Assembly: GCA_017504485.1 (NCBI GenBank)
Contig: JAFVRC010000001.1
Location: 18,928-82,927 of the forward strand
Source: Alistipes sp.
GTDB taxonomy: Bacteria > Bacteroidota > Bacteroidia > Bacteroidales > Rikenellaceae
Direction of reading: 5' to 3'
Length of the DNA stretch: 64,000 bases
Part shown: positions 15,286 to 25,202 of the stretch, in pieces
How positions within the stretch are numbered: position 1 is the first letter of the stretch
How the letters are laid out: every line of letters begins with the position of its first letter
Made by a program: the position numbers and the translations under genes
Notes under the pieces: model-generated
What the model saw: only the letters and a program-made list of their open reading frames with translations
The model's database searches: none
What the model was told of the DNA's origin: nothing

Positions 15286-18200
15286 CTAAAAAGCGAGGAT
15301 AGCACGCACCACATAGACGGATTCCTTACGGGTTGCACCAATCTGACCATTATTGTAGAACCACGACGAGTATGCTTCGCTACTACTGGACTCAGTAGAA
15401 GACCAATAGTTTTCTGTATAGTGGTCGCTGTAGAGGATGGTATAACCTTTTGCAGAGAGGGTTGAGTTGATGGTTGATCTATTATTATAAATCTCTATCA
15501 ATTCATTTTGTGCAGGGAGATACCAATCCTTGCCATAATCTGAACACCACTTAAAAGCAGGATATTTAGTTTCCCAATCTGACAATGCTTTAATTTTCGT
15601 CATATTGTTTAGACCATTATTTTTGTCAGTTGCTGAGGTCTTAGAATATGATGTGCTCCATTCCAATCCTTTTTCTGTAACAGAAACCACCTTAAATGAA
15701 TTGCTTGATACATCGAATACTATTCCTACACTAAGATTTATAGTTATCAAATCTCCTACGGAAGGGGTTAATATACTACCACTTGTGCCGAGAATTTTCA
15801 AACCCTTATTCACACTAATGTGGGTAGTTGTGAAGTCAAAAGCATCATTACAAGTTAATGTAGTTAAATTCGGATTGCTGTGACACTCCAATCTAGTCAA
15901 CGCAGTATTGTTTACAATATTCAACTCGCCAATAGCAAGCCCATTACAATGTAGTTCCTTCAATGCCGTATTCGCCGTTACATCAACCATTGAAAGATTG
16001 GCATTATTACTTACATTGAGAAACCAAAGAGCAGTATTGTTGCGGATATTCAATGCTGAAATCAAGTTGTTCGAAATATTAAACTTTTGTAAAGCAGTAT
16101 TTGCTGTAACATTGATGCGTGACAGTTTGTTGTAGTGGCAATATAACCTCTCGAGAGAGGTGTTGTTTGATACGTCGAGGGTCGTGAGGGAGTTGCCATT
16201 GCATTCAAGAGCAGTCAATGCCAAGTTCTTGGTAATATCGAGCGACTGCAACTTACAATCCTTCACATAAAGAGTGTTGAGTTGCAATAATTGTGATACA
16301 TCAATACTCTCCAATACACCATTGCGCGATATATCTGCAAAAACCACAGGCGCATAGAATACAAATGAAGTCAGTGCAGTGTTATCAGTAACAATTACAT
16401 CTGTAAACTCTCCATAAAGTTCAAGGGTAGTCAATGCAGAAGCATTCTTAAATGTAAATGATTTGAATGCGGTGTTGGTTGCAGTGAAGTAGAGAGTATT
16501 TGCCTGAGTATAACCATCAACGGAGATTGCGGTTCCGTTGATGGCATTGGTAGTTACACCCTGCAAGTTTAGATACTGTAACGAAGGGCTATTGTTGAAA
16601 TTGAGTCTTTCGATAGGGCAATCATTACAAGTAACGGTTTTGAGAGCAGGGAGATTCGGCAACTCAATCTTTGTGATATTGTTATTCGAGCAGTTGAGTG
16701 TCATAAGATTTGTGCAAGATTCAAGACCAGTTAAATCCTCAATGCCCTTACCCGAACAGTTTACCATAGTGATATTATCTGATTCAGCAATAGAAATCTC
16801 ACCATCGCCATCGTCGTCGTAATTATTCACAAGGTATGACTTCAACTTTGAATCAGGAATATCAATACCTCCATTGTTGAAGTAGATAATGGTTGTATCG
16901 TCTTTGGTGATGGCAACTGCGCCCTGCTGCGCATCATCTTTTACCCACAGTTTAGCCAACGACGCATTATTAGAGCAGTCGAGTGTAGTCAATATTGAGT
17001 TATTGCTGATATTCAACATTGCAAGGTCGTTGTAAGAGCAATAGAGAGTCGCAAGTTTTGTATTCTTCGTAACATCCAACTGAGCCAACTTATTGTGAGA
17101 ACAATCAAACTCGGCAAGTTTAGTCTGCAATGCCACATTGATAGATGTCAAAGCATTGTTTGCACAATCGAGTGAAGTGAGTTTCTCGGTGCCAAGATAG
17201 ATATTAACAATAGCATTATCGCCGCAATCAAGAGTTGTCAATGCGGTATTCTTAGCAAGGTCTAATGATGTAAGTTTGTTGCCGTGGCAATCAAGAGCGG
17301 TCAAAGCGGTATTCTTAGTGAGATTGAGCATCGAGAGTTCATTGCCTCCGCACTGTAGTTCCGCAAGCGAGAGCAACTTGGTAACATCGAGTGAAACAAG
17401 TTCGTTGTCGTTTACATTGAGCGAGGTCAAAGCCTTGTTCTGTGCCACATTGAGTGATGCGAGTTTATTACCCGCAACATTTAGAGTTTTAAGACCAACA
17501 GCCTTGCTCACATCAAGAGTTGTAAGTTGATTAACTGAAGCATCAACAGTAACAACCGATGCAGGGAGCGAAAGCGATGTAAGGCGATTGTTGCCGACAT
17601 TTATCGTAGTAAGTTTTGTGTTGTTCGCCAGGTCGAGCGATGTAATATGATTGTAAGAGCAATCCAAAGTTTCAAGGTTTGAGAAATACTCCACACCCGC
17701 CATAGACTTAACCTGTAAGAGCGAAGCCGAAATATCAATAGCACGGATATTTCCCGCCTCCTCTAACGAAATTTCGTTATCTCCATTGGTGTCAAACTCA
17801 CCAATAAGGTAAGCCTTAAAGTTTGCATCAGGAATATATACAGTATCGGTAGTCCAAGGCACCATATTTACATAGTCCGATGTGAGATAGTTGTAGCCAT
17901 TTGAAATTTCCAAACGAACATTTGCCGACATCTCACTACGGAAATATTCCTCACTGAGGTTTGCCCCCGACACGACAACGGTAAGAATACCATCTTTTGC
18001 CGAAGCGCTCTCAATGGTAAGCGATACAAAATCACCAACGGCACGAGTTTGGGTATAGATAGCCTTAACGCTCAATGCCTCCCGCCATACAGAAACCAAT
18101 TCATCGGCAACCGAAGCGGGGCGAATCTCATATTTGAGAGTTGCCGAGCCTGCGGTAATCATACCCGACGAGTTTGTGTAATACATTGTAGCCTTACCGT

Positions 18201-20157
18201 CTGAATAATCAGGCACGAATGATACAGACTGAATGCGCTCGATAAGTGCATCAATCTGCTCCTGCATATTGGCAATTTCGGTTTGGATATTATAGATTGC
18301 AACCTTAATGGTTTTAACCTCCTTTTCGAGAGCAGTAACACGAGCCGTAAGAGCCTCGATAGTTGCGTTGATGGTTTCAATCTCATTATCGATACGGGAG
18401 TTGAGAGTAGCAACCTCGGTAGCAATTTTATCACGAAGTTGTCCATCGAGAGTTTCGATAGCGGTCTTGATAGCAGCCTTGTATGCCTCGGTAATCTCAT
18501 TCTTTGTAGTAATCAAATCTTGCTGCAACTGCCAAATATCGGCTGCATTTTGGGCGATAGCATCGGCATTATTGCTAATAGCAGTAGCATTTTGAGCAAT
18601 CAAGGTAGCATTCTTGGCGATATTTTCAGCATTGGTTGCAATATCGGCAGCATTTTTGGCGATAGCAGCCTCGGCAGATGCTTTCAGTGTAGCAATAGCA
18701 GACTTGTTCTCTGCGATAGCGGTAGCATTTTTGTCGATGTTAGACTTATTGGTGTTGATAAGCGATTTGTTAGATTCAATCTTCTGCTCTACGCTCTCCT
18801 GCAAAGCTGAAATCTTTGCAGTGTAGTCGTTGCGAACTGCCTCAATTTCGCTATTGATAGCCACAATGTCAGCATCAATGTTGGTAAGACGACCTTCAAT
18901 CTCGGTAATCTTGGCAGCCATTTCGCTCTTATATTGGGAAATGGTATTCTTTATATTCTCAATCTCAGTTGCATTGGTTGAGATAGCCGATGCATTTGTG
19001 ATAATATCCTCGGTGTTCTTTGCGATAGCAGTAGCGTTGGCCGCTATTTTGTTGGCGTGCTCTGCATCGGTCTGCTTCAACTTGTTTACATCGTTGCGCA
19101 AAGCCTCTATCAAGATGCCGTTTGCTGAGATTTTGCCGTTTAACTCAGACGAAAGCGATGTGATAAGACCTTCAAGATATGTTTTCTGAGAAGCAAGTTG
19201 CGATTCAAGTTCACTCTGCAACAAGGCGAGTTTTGCTTCGGTTTGAGCAATAGTATAGTAGCCTGAAAGTTGGTCATTTACCCAAGACTTCATAGAGGTT
19301 TCGAGATTGTTGATAGCCTTTGAAATAGCAGCGGTGTAGGCTGCGGTGATTTCACTCCTGGCATCGTTAATCGCCTTGGTGTAAGCAGTTGTAATATCTG
19401 TTACAATCTCTGCCATAAGTTCATCTTTCACAGGCTCAATTGCAATAGCAATTTCCGCTGCAAGATTTTCTGTCAATCTCTTTTCAAGAGCTGTAATTGA
19501 GTTGTTGATTGCAGAAATACTCTCCTTGATAGATGCAATTTCGCTAACAAGCGAGTTGTATTGTGCGATGGTTACAAATGTCTGAGCCACCCAATCCTTG
19601 GTAGATTGAATCTCGCCATTCGCCCAATCAGTCATCTTACCAAGTTCGGCATCAACATAAGAACGCAGGTCTGCAATTTCCTGCTCCAATGCTTTGTCTT
19701 TTGCTTGTAGGGTTGCAATAGTTGAATTGATTTGCGAGAGTTCGCCCTCCAACTCTGCCTTGGTAGCAGCAAGTTGAGCCAATATATCAGCCTTGGCTGT
19801 GTTAAGTTGTGCAAGAACCTGCTCTTTGAGAGCATCATTCGAAGCCTCAGCATCAGCGATTGCCTTATTCAAAGCCTCTTCGAGTTGCTTTGTCTTTAAG
19901 TTTGTGGCATCAATCTGCTCTTGGAGATTTGTCGCAGTAGATTGGAGTGAGTTGATGTAGTTCTTCAATTCCTTATCAACTGCCTCTAATTCAGGAATAG
20001 ACTCGTTGATAGCATTGATTTGTTCTTGTAATGATGCTATTTGGGTGTTTTCGATAGCATCTAATCGACCATTGATGTTATCAATAGCCTCGTCATACTT
20101 CTTGCAGCCCGATAAACAGATAGCTGCAACTACGATTGTCAGGAATAGTCTCTTCAT
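15286..20157 (-). CDS. Giant surface lipoprotein: coiled-coil stalk, internalin-like LRRs, C-terminal DUF1566/CLec-like domain
   Basis: Lipobox LSG-C; IxxNxxx heptads; two IPDxxFKxYL/DxxGDxEIS caps each followed by LRRs; WYLPAQNEL...YWSSTE...VRAILAF end. Confidence 0.85.
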   Translation of the reverse strand: MKRLFLTIVVAAICLSGCKKYDEAIDNINGRLDAIENTQIASLQEQINAINESIPELEAVDKELKNYINSLQSTATNLQEQIDATNLKTKQLEEALNKAIADAEASNDALKEQVLAQLNTAKADILAQLAATKAELEGELSQINSTIATLQAKDKALEQEIADLRSYVDAELGKMTDWANGEIQSTKDWVAQTFVTIAQYNSLVSEIASIKESISAINNSITALEKRLTENLAAEIAIAIEPVKDELMAEIVTDITTAYTKAINDARSEITAAYTAAISKAINNLETSMKSWVNDQLSGYYTIAQTEAKLALLQSELESQLASQKTYLEGLITSLSSELNGKISANGILIEALRNDVNKLKQTDAEHANKIAANATAIAKNTEDIITNASAISTNATEIENIKNTISQYKSEMAAKITEIEGRLTNIDADIVAINSEIEAVRNDYTAKISALQESVEQKIESNKSLINTNKSNIDKNATAIAENKSAIATLKASAEAAIAKNAADIATNAENIAKNATLIAQNATAISNNADAIAQNAADIWQLQQDLITTKNEITEAYKAAIKTAIETLDGQLRDKIATEVATLNSRIDNEIETINATIEALTARVTALEKEVKTIKVAIYNIQTEIANMQEQIDALIERIQSVSFVPDYSDGKATMYYTNSSGMITAGSATLKYEIRPASVADELVSVWREALSVKAIYTQTRAVGDFVSLTIESASAKDGILTVVVSGANLSEEYFRSEMSANVRLEISNGYNYLTSDYVNMVPWTTDTVYIPDANFKAYLIGEFDTNGDNEISLEEAGNIRAIDISASLLQVKSMAGVEYFSNLETLDCSYNHITSLDLANNTKLTTINVGNNRLTSLSLPASVVTVDASVNQLTTLDVSKAVGLKTLNVAGNKLASLNVAQNKALTSLNVNDNELVSLDVTKLLSLAELQCGGNELSMLNLTKNTALTALDCHGNKLTSLDLAKNTALTTLDCGDNAIVNIYLGTEKLTSLDCANNALTSINVALQTKLAEFDCSHNKLAQLDVTKNTKLATLYCSYNDLAMLNISNNSILTTLDCSNNASLAKLWVKDDAQQGAVAITKDDTTIIYFNNGGIDIPDSKLKSYLVNNYDDDGDGEISIAESDNITMVNCSGKGIEDLTGLESCTNLMTLNCSNNNITKIELPNLPALKTVTCNDCPIERLNFNNSPSLQYLNLQGVTTNAINGTAISVDGYTQANTLYFTATNTAFKSFTFKNASALTTLELYGEFTDVIVTDNTALTSFVFYAPVVFADISRNGVLESIDVSQLLQLNTLYVKDCKLQSLDITKNLALTALECNGNSLTTLDVSNNTSLERLYCHYNKLSRINVTANTALQKFNISNNLISALNIRNNTALWFLNVSNNANLSMVDVTANTALKELHCNGLAIGELNIVNNTALTRLECHSNPNLTTLTCNDAFDFTTTHISVNKGLKILGTSGSILTPSVGDLITINLSVGIVFDVSSNSFKVVSVTEKGLEWSTSYSKTSATDKNNGLNNMTKIKALSDWETKYPAFKWCSDYGKDWYLPAQNELIEIYNNRSTINSTLSAKGYTILYSDHYTENYWSSTESSSSEAYSSWFYNNGQIGATRKESVYVVRAILAF

Positions 20158-20229
20158 AATAGTAAGATTTATTGTTTAATTTATTGTATTTCCAAATCTT
20201 ACTATCCGCACCCCGATAGTGATTTATAC

Positions 20230-20441
20230 AAACAAAGAAAGCGTGGTGCTGAAAACTTATTTTAGTTAAGTTGGTCGTAGGAAACCATGACAATAAAATA
20301 AGCAACAGCCTCACGCCTATATCCCGAATACAGGATAAGACGCAAGAAGATGTCCGCCCATTCTCTTGTCTAATTGAATTTCCTACGTTCACTTAACGAG
20401 AATAAACTTACACTTTCCGCGTAATATGTGTCACAAAGTTA
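20230..20441 (-). promoter_or_regulatory. Promoter plus two-hairpin leader with complementary loops
   Basis: TAACTTTG at 20434-20441; hairpin loops CGUAGGAAA (20379-20387) and UUUCCUACG (20276-20284); second hairpin has a U-rich tail. Confidence 0.65.
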
Positions 20442-20924
20442 AAAACATTTTCTCGGAAAAGCGAGTTTTTGCAGAGATTTTTTGCTGTTGCTCTATAAAA
20501 TAAGGTATGAAAGAGAACGATTGTTTCGACTGCAAAGTTGCGGTTATCTTTCCAAAAAAACAATATTGAAACAAAACTTTGTTATTTGCAAATTGGGGGT
20601 ATTTATAGGAATCTTTCGGTGTAATATAAACACTTTTAGCACATCTAGAATGAGAAAATTGGGAAGAAGCGTTCAAGGGAGAAAGTGAGTATCAGTAAAA
20701 TAATAATTATTTTATTGGTTATCAATAGATTATATGTGTGTAAATATGGGCGTTTTTGGTGCATTTTTACCATAAAAAAGTTGCACTGATGTGAGACCGA
20801 TAGAATAGTATGCGAAGATTGAGAAGGCTAAAAGCAGATAATTTATCCCAATATCCCATCGTGGAGGTGTATTTTGGGCAGTATGAAGCAGATATATAAG
20901 TGATAAAAATCTTGCACAATTGAC

Positions 20925-20945
20925 TTCGAATCCCTCCCTTTCCGC
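20925..20945 (+). repeat. attR core
   Basis: Identical to tRNA 3' end 3234-3254; GC content rises afterwards. Confidence 0.92.
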
Positions 20946-21300
20946 AAGACCAAACAAGGCAAGGAGATGTCGAGGGAACTCGACATCTTTTTGTTTTATA
21001 GCCCCGGAGATGCAAACTTGTTTGCAGACTTCGGGGATGTAAGACAAAAGAGGTTGATTTATCAACTCCTTGTCGTATAACAAGTCTTGCAGGGGCCCTC
21101 GCGGCGAGCGAAAGGGAAAGGCGTTAAGCGGAGCAGACTTGCAGTCTGCGCAGTAGCCAATCCCTCCCTTTCCGCAAGACCAAACAAGGCAAGGAGATGT
21201 CGAGGGAACTCGACATCTTTTTGTTTTACAGCACAGTAGGCGCAAACTTTGTTTGCAGACTTCGGGGATGTAAGACAAAAGAGGTTGATTTATTAACTCC
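20929..21300 (+). repeat. tRNA-linked direct repeat (period ~230 bp)
   Basis: 20929-21069 near-identical to 21159-21300; each begins with AATCCCTCCCTTTCCGC and has an AGATGTCGAG/CTCGACATCT hairpin plus T run. Confidence 0.85.
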
Positions 21301-21342
21301 AAGAATCGTAGCAGGCGTATGCCTTGTGTGAGATCGCTCTCC

Positions 21343-21810
21343 TTACTCCGCGAATGAAGCGCAGAGCGAAGAGTGCGAGTAGCGAAATGGAGTGCCGTCG
21401 TAGAGCACCACATCGACATCCACCTCAACGAGGCCGGCAACCGTGCGGTTAAGATATATATGCCCCGACTTCAAAGGACGCAGATGCGAGAAGTAACGCT
21501 CCGGATCCTCATAGACGAAGATATAGTCATCGTTGTGGAACTTATATTCGACATCTACCTTCGTGCCGAGTAGTGCCGTGTGCACTCCTATAACAGCATA
21601 GGTAGTTGCCGATAGGCAATCTTCGAGGGGCGATACTTTGAGCAGCAACTGCGGGCCCTCACTCAGCAGCACAGAGGCCACGGGTACTTGTTGTCCCGCA
21701 AACCAATAGCTGCCGTATGGCAACGTTGCATCACCTACGGTATCCTCCTCACGGCCGCACGACACAGCCAAAGCGAGTGCGGCAATCACTATATAAACTA
21801 TACGTCTCAT
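21343..21810 (-). CDS. Hypothetical lipoprotein
   Basis: Lipobox LAVS-C; tight operon spacing. Confidence 0.75.
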   Translation of the reverse strand: MRRIVYIVIAALALAVSCGREEDTVGDATLPYGSYWFAGQQVPVASVLLSEGPQLLLKVSPLEDCLSATTYAVIGVHTALLGTKVDVEYKFHNDDYIFVYEDPERYFSHLRPLKSGHIYLNRTVAGLVEVDVDVVLYDGTPFRYSHSSLCASFAE

Positions 21811-21816
21811 ACCCCA

Positions 21817-23076
21817 CTACTCCACAATTGTCACGTCGCCTGCATAATAGAGGCTCAAATCCTTATAGTTGGTAAACTCGACACTGAGCGTACCGTACCG
21901 CTCATCGAGCAATACCGTGAGCGTGCCGCTATCGCCGTTTGCCTTGCTGTATGTTCGGTCATTGTAGCTCACCGTAAGGTCAGGGCTTTGCGAGAAGCCC
22001 CTTGCATTACCGTCGAAGAACGAGGCCGGTGCGGTTATCTCGACCTTTGCGCCCGACTCGACGGTCAGCTCCACGAGCCACGGCTCGCTCTTCTCAAGGC
22101 GTGCCGAGAGTAGCGGCTGCTGCTCGCCGCCATAGGTTATGCGGTTCGAAGCATCGGGCAGCGGCTTCTTGACAGCAGTCGATATGCACTCTCCGCTAAA
22201 CATGGCGGCATAGCTAACCCCTCCAACCTCGATACTCATAGCCAGCGAGTAGCTACCTTCACCGAGGCGAGAGATGGTGAACGTGCCGCTCGCGCCTCTC
22301 TTCTGCGAAGCGGATATATCGACAACATTCTCCTCGGCATAGTTATCGCGCACGAGGAACGCAAATGCCGACTCTGCACCGATATCCTCAAGACGACAGT
22401 TCTGCCACGTGAGCATCGCATTATCGACCGTGAGAGCCATGTAGTAGGAGACCTTGTTGAGCTCCTCGGCATAGTCGATACCTGCCGGTGTGAGGTATAT
22501 CGTCGTGGTAGCAGGCTGCGCATCGTAGAAGGCGGCACGCACAGGCTTAATCTCCGAGCCACGCGCCATCGACGAGGTATTCACGTCGAGATTACACATC
22601 ACCTCAATCGTCGCATCGAGCACTACACCCGAGGCGAGAGTCGCCTCAAACATCGCCGAGAGGCGGCCTGCGTCCCCGTCGTAGCTCACCTTGGCCACGG
22701 CCGAGCGCACTTCGGAGGTGTAACCCGGGGCCAACAACTCTATGCCGGCTCCGCGCAACTGCGACTCGATAGTGAATGGGAGCCTCTCCGAGCGAAGGTC
22801 TATCTGCTTATCGAGCAGCAGCGGCGAGAGGCTTATGAGCATATACTCATCCACCGCACATATCTCCGAGAGCGAGGCGAGGCTCGCACGCGGTGAGGCC
22901 GCAATATGAATATACCCCTCTATATCGGTCTCGGCGGCAACGCTTGCAAAGACCGACTGTACACCATCCACACCATACACATTGACCGGCTCGGCAACCG
23001 ACGGCCCATCGTCGTGCGAACACGCAGCCATCATAACAGCCGCAAAGAGCGACACTAACAATCCGACGTATCTCAT
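21817..23076 (-). CDS. Hypothetical lipoprotein
   Basis: Lipobox MAA-C; beta-rich modules. Confidence 0.75.
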   Translation of the reverse strand: MRYVGLLVSLFAAVMMAACSHDDGPSVAEPVNVYGVDGVQSVFASVAAETDIEGYIHIAASPRASLASLSEICAVDEYMLISLSPLLLDKQIDLRSERLPFTIESQLRGAGIELLAPGYTSEVRSAVAKVSYDGDAGRLSAMFEATLASGVVLDATIEVMCNLDVNTSSMARGSEIKPVRAAFYDAQPATTTIYLTPAGIDYAEELNKVSYYMALTVDNAMLTWQNCRLEDIGAESAFAFLVRDNYAEENVVDISASQKRGASGTFTISRLGEGSYSLAMSIEVGGVSYAAMFSGECISTAVKKPLPDASNRITYGGEQQPLLSARLEKSEPWLVELTVESGAKVEITAPASFFDGNARGFSQSPDLTVSYNDRTYSKANGDSGTLTVLLDERYGTLSVEFTNYKDLSLYYAGDVTIVE

Positions 23077-23101
23077 CTCGAAAAAAAAGGTTTTAATAAT
23101 G

Positions 23102-24274
23102 CTACAAAATCGTAAATCTGTCGGCCTCGATATGCACCACGGCCGTCACTTCGTGCGCAGGCTCCTCGCAGTCGAGCAGGCGGCACTCGAATGTGTGCGA
23201 GCCATCCTCGCCACGCGACACCACCACCCGACCGTCGGCAATACGCGCATAGTTCTCGCCCCACTCGCCATCAGCCATATCGACATACCACGAGCCGGCC
23301 CACTTGTAGTACACAAAGACATCTGGCAGGCCCGGGATAGCGGCATAAGGCACTATCTGCGCACGGTCTATCGACGTGTCGGCATTACGCACCACCATAC
23401 GATACTCGCCAGCCGGCACGCCGTCGGCCTTATTGCAAGACCACGGCACCAGCAGCTCGAGGCGCAACAGCGCACCGCTACCCTGCGGCCGCGCCATCGT
23501 GAAGTCGAGCCCCTCCGCACCGAGGAATACGACAAAATCGCGGTAGCTCTCGTCCTTGAGATAGAAGTAGTCGCCCTTGTCCTGCAACTGCGCCTGCACA
23601 AGGTTATCGAGTTCTATAGATGAGGTCAGCGTGCTGTTCTGCACGGTCGGCACTACGCTCGACGACGGTTCAAACGTGCCACTCCACGCGAAGTGGTGCT
23701 TTATGCACTTCGGCCCTACCAACACACCCTCTATCGCGAATGTTCCATCAGCGAGCCGCTCAATCTGCACCACGCCGTCATCAATCAGGTCGGCATCCAT
23801 CTCCGTCGAGCCCTCCAAAATCGCGGCGTAGAATGTTCCATCGGCACGCTCGAGTAGTCCCGCAGGAGTGTCTATATAGTCCGTATATCCGGAAACGAAG
23901 GTCCGTGGGCTGTAATCGCCCGAGTTACTCTGCGAGGCATATCGCCCTGGCAGCAGAGCCACATCAGGCTTCTGCTCGCCATTGTAGGTAACATTGAGCA
24001 GCAACTGCGCCACGGCACCCGGGCCGATTGGGTTTCCTGCCGCATCAATCTCCATATCGGTCCAGAGCTTCAAAATCCAACCGTCGGAGCTTTTCTCGCC
24101 GACATCATCACCCGAATACTCCACACTGATATTCGTAAACTGCACACACTGCGGCTGCGGCTCCACATAGGAGTCGGCCGCACCACTCGTCGTTGCCGAC
24201 TCACCACACGACACCGTGCACCACGCCGCCAACAACACTATCCACTGATGGAATCTCATCTCTCTCATATCCAA
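23102..24274 (-). CDS. Hypothetical lipoprotein
   Basis: Lipobox TVS-C; two similar beta-rich halves. Confidence 0.75.
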   Translation of the reverse strand: MDMREMRFHQWIVLLAAWCTVSCGESATTSGAADSYVEPQPQCVQFTNISVEYSGDDVGEKSSDGWILKLWTDMEIDAAGNPIGPGAVAQLLLNVTYNGEQKPDVALLPGRYASQSNSGDYSPRTFVSGYTDYIDTPAGLLERADGTFYAAILEGSTEMDADLIDDGVVQIERLADGTFAIEGVLVGPKCIKHHFAWSGTFEPSSSVVPTVQNSTLTSSIELDNLVQAQLQDKGDYFYLKDESYRDFVVFLGAEGLDFTMARPQGSGALLRLELLVPWSCNKADGVPAGEYRMVVRNADTSIDRAQIVPYAAIPGLPDVFVYYKWAGSWYVDMADGEWGENYARIADGRVVVSRGEDGSHTFECRLLDCEEPAHEVTAVVHIEADRFTIL

Positions 24275-24360
24275 TTCGGCCTACACTCAAGTGCAAACAT
24301 AATAAAAGTAGCCGAAACTTGCAAATTCCGGCTACCTACATATTTCCCTATCGAGCCTTG

Positions 24361-25173
24361 CTACTCGAGTCCGAGGTCCTGCCAATCGTTGCAGGTGCCG
24401 CCCTCAACGCCCCACGCACGGAGCTTTGCCACGAGCTCGGCATTGCCGACAGGAATACCGTAACACTCGACCACAAAACCGTGAGTGTGGCAGTAGTTCA
24501 CAAACTCCTTCGTCAGGCGGCGTGCCGACGGACGAATCACGCAGTTAGGCAACATCTTGCAGTCATCGACGTGGCGCGGCTTCATATCGCCCTTCATATA
24601 CTCGAGCGGGGCATCCGTGTACTTGGCTGCCGTGTAGAGGTAGTGCAGGTTGAACGACGAGAGGACATACTTGCCGCGGAAGCCCTTGCGGTGCAACATC
24701 TCGACGCACTTGCGAATACCCTCCTCAGTGAGGAGTTTAAGTTCGACATAAGGCACCAGGCCCGTCTCCTTGCATACATCCAGATAGCACTCGAAGGTCG
24801 GCACACGCAGTTGCTGTGCATAACGGTCGTTCCACCCCTCGCCGCCATCAATCCAGAGCTGCTGCAACTGCTCGAAGGTGTAGTCCGCGACGACACCCAC
24901 ACCATTTGTCGTGCGGTCGATTGTGTAGTCGTGCATGCATACCAGCACACCGTCGGAGGTCATCTGCACATCTGTCTCCATACCGCGATACAGCCCCACC
25001 TTGCCTGCCTCGCGAAAGGCGAGCTCCGTATTCTCCGGGTAGCGAGCCGAGAGGCCGCGGTGCGCCTGCAAGCCGAATGACACCTTGCGCGGAATCTCAA
25101 TATTCAACGTAGGCCGAGCCACCGCAACTCCTGCGAGGGCAACAAAGGCACAAACCAACATTTTAAGTTTCAT
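24361..25173 (-). CDS. Glycerophosphodiester phosphodiesterase family protein
   Basis: AHRG, PENT, ETDVQMTSDG, HD and VELK motifs; signal peptide. Confidence 0.9.
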   Translation of the reverse strand: MKLKMLVCAFVALAGVAVARPTLNIEIPRKVSFGLQAHRGLSARYPENTELAFREAGKVGLYRGMETDVQMTSDGVLVCMHDYTIDRTTNGVGVVADYTFEQLQQLWIDGGEGWNDRYAQQLRVPTFECYLDVCKETGLVPYVELKLLTEEGIRKCVEMLHRKGFRGKYVLSSFNLHYLYTAAKYTDAPLEYMKGDMKPRHVDDCKMLPNCVIRPSARRLTKEFVNYCHTHGFVVECYGIPVGNAELVAKLRAWGVEGGTCNDWQDLGLE

Positions 25174-25202
25174 ACTCTCTATGCGTTAGGTTAGCCAATA
25201 GA

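Larger units (their letters stand above)
3234..20945. mobile_element. tRNA-Ser-integrated element (~17.7 kb), IME/satellite-like
   Basis: 21-bp direct repeats, integrase next to attL, xis-like, resolvase and replicase-like genes, sharp drop in GC relative to flanks. Confidence 0.92.

Noticed and set aside
14770-15450. Complete diversity-generating retroelement
   Set aside because: Target-like C-terminus is present, but no RT ORF or adenine-variant template repeat was found in the window
3255-20924. Intact prophage or conjugative transposon
   Set aside because: No structural, terminase, lysis, Tra or relaxase motifs recognised
20929-21300. CRISPR array or second tRNA
   Set aside because: Only two long copies, no spacer periodicity or cas genes; only tRNA 3' fragments are present
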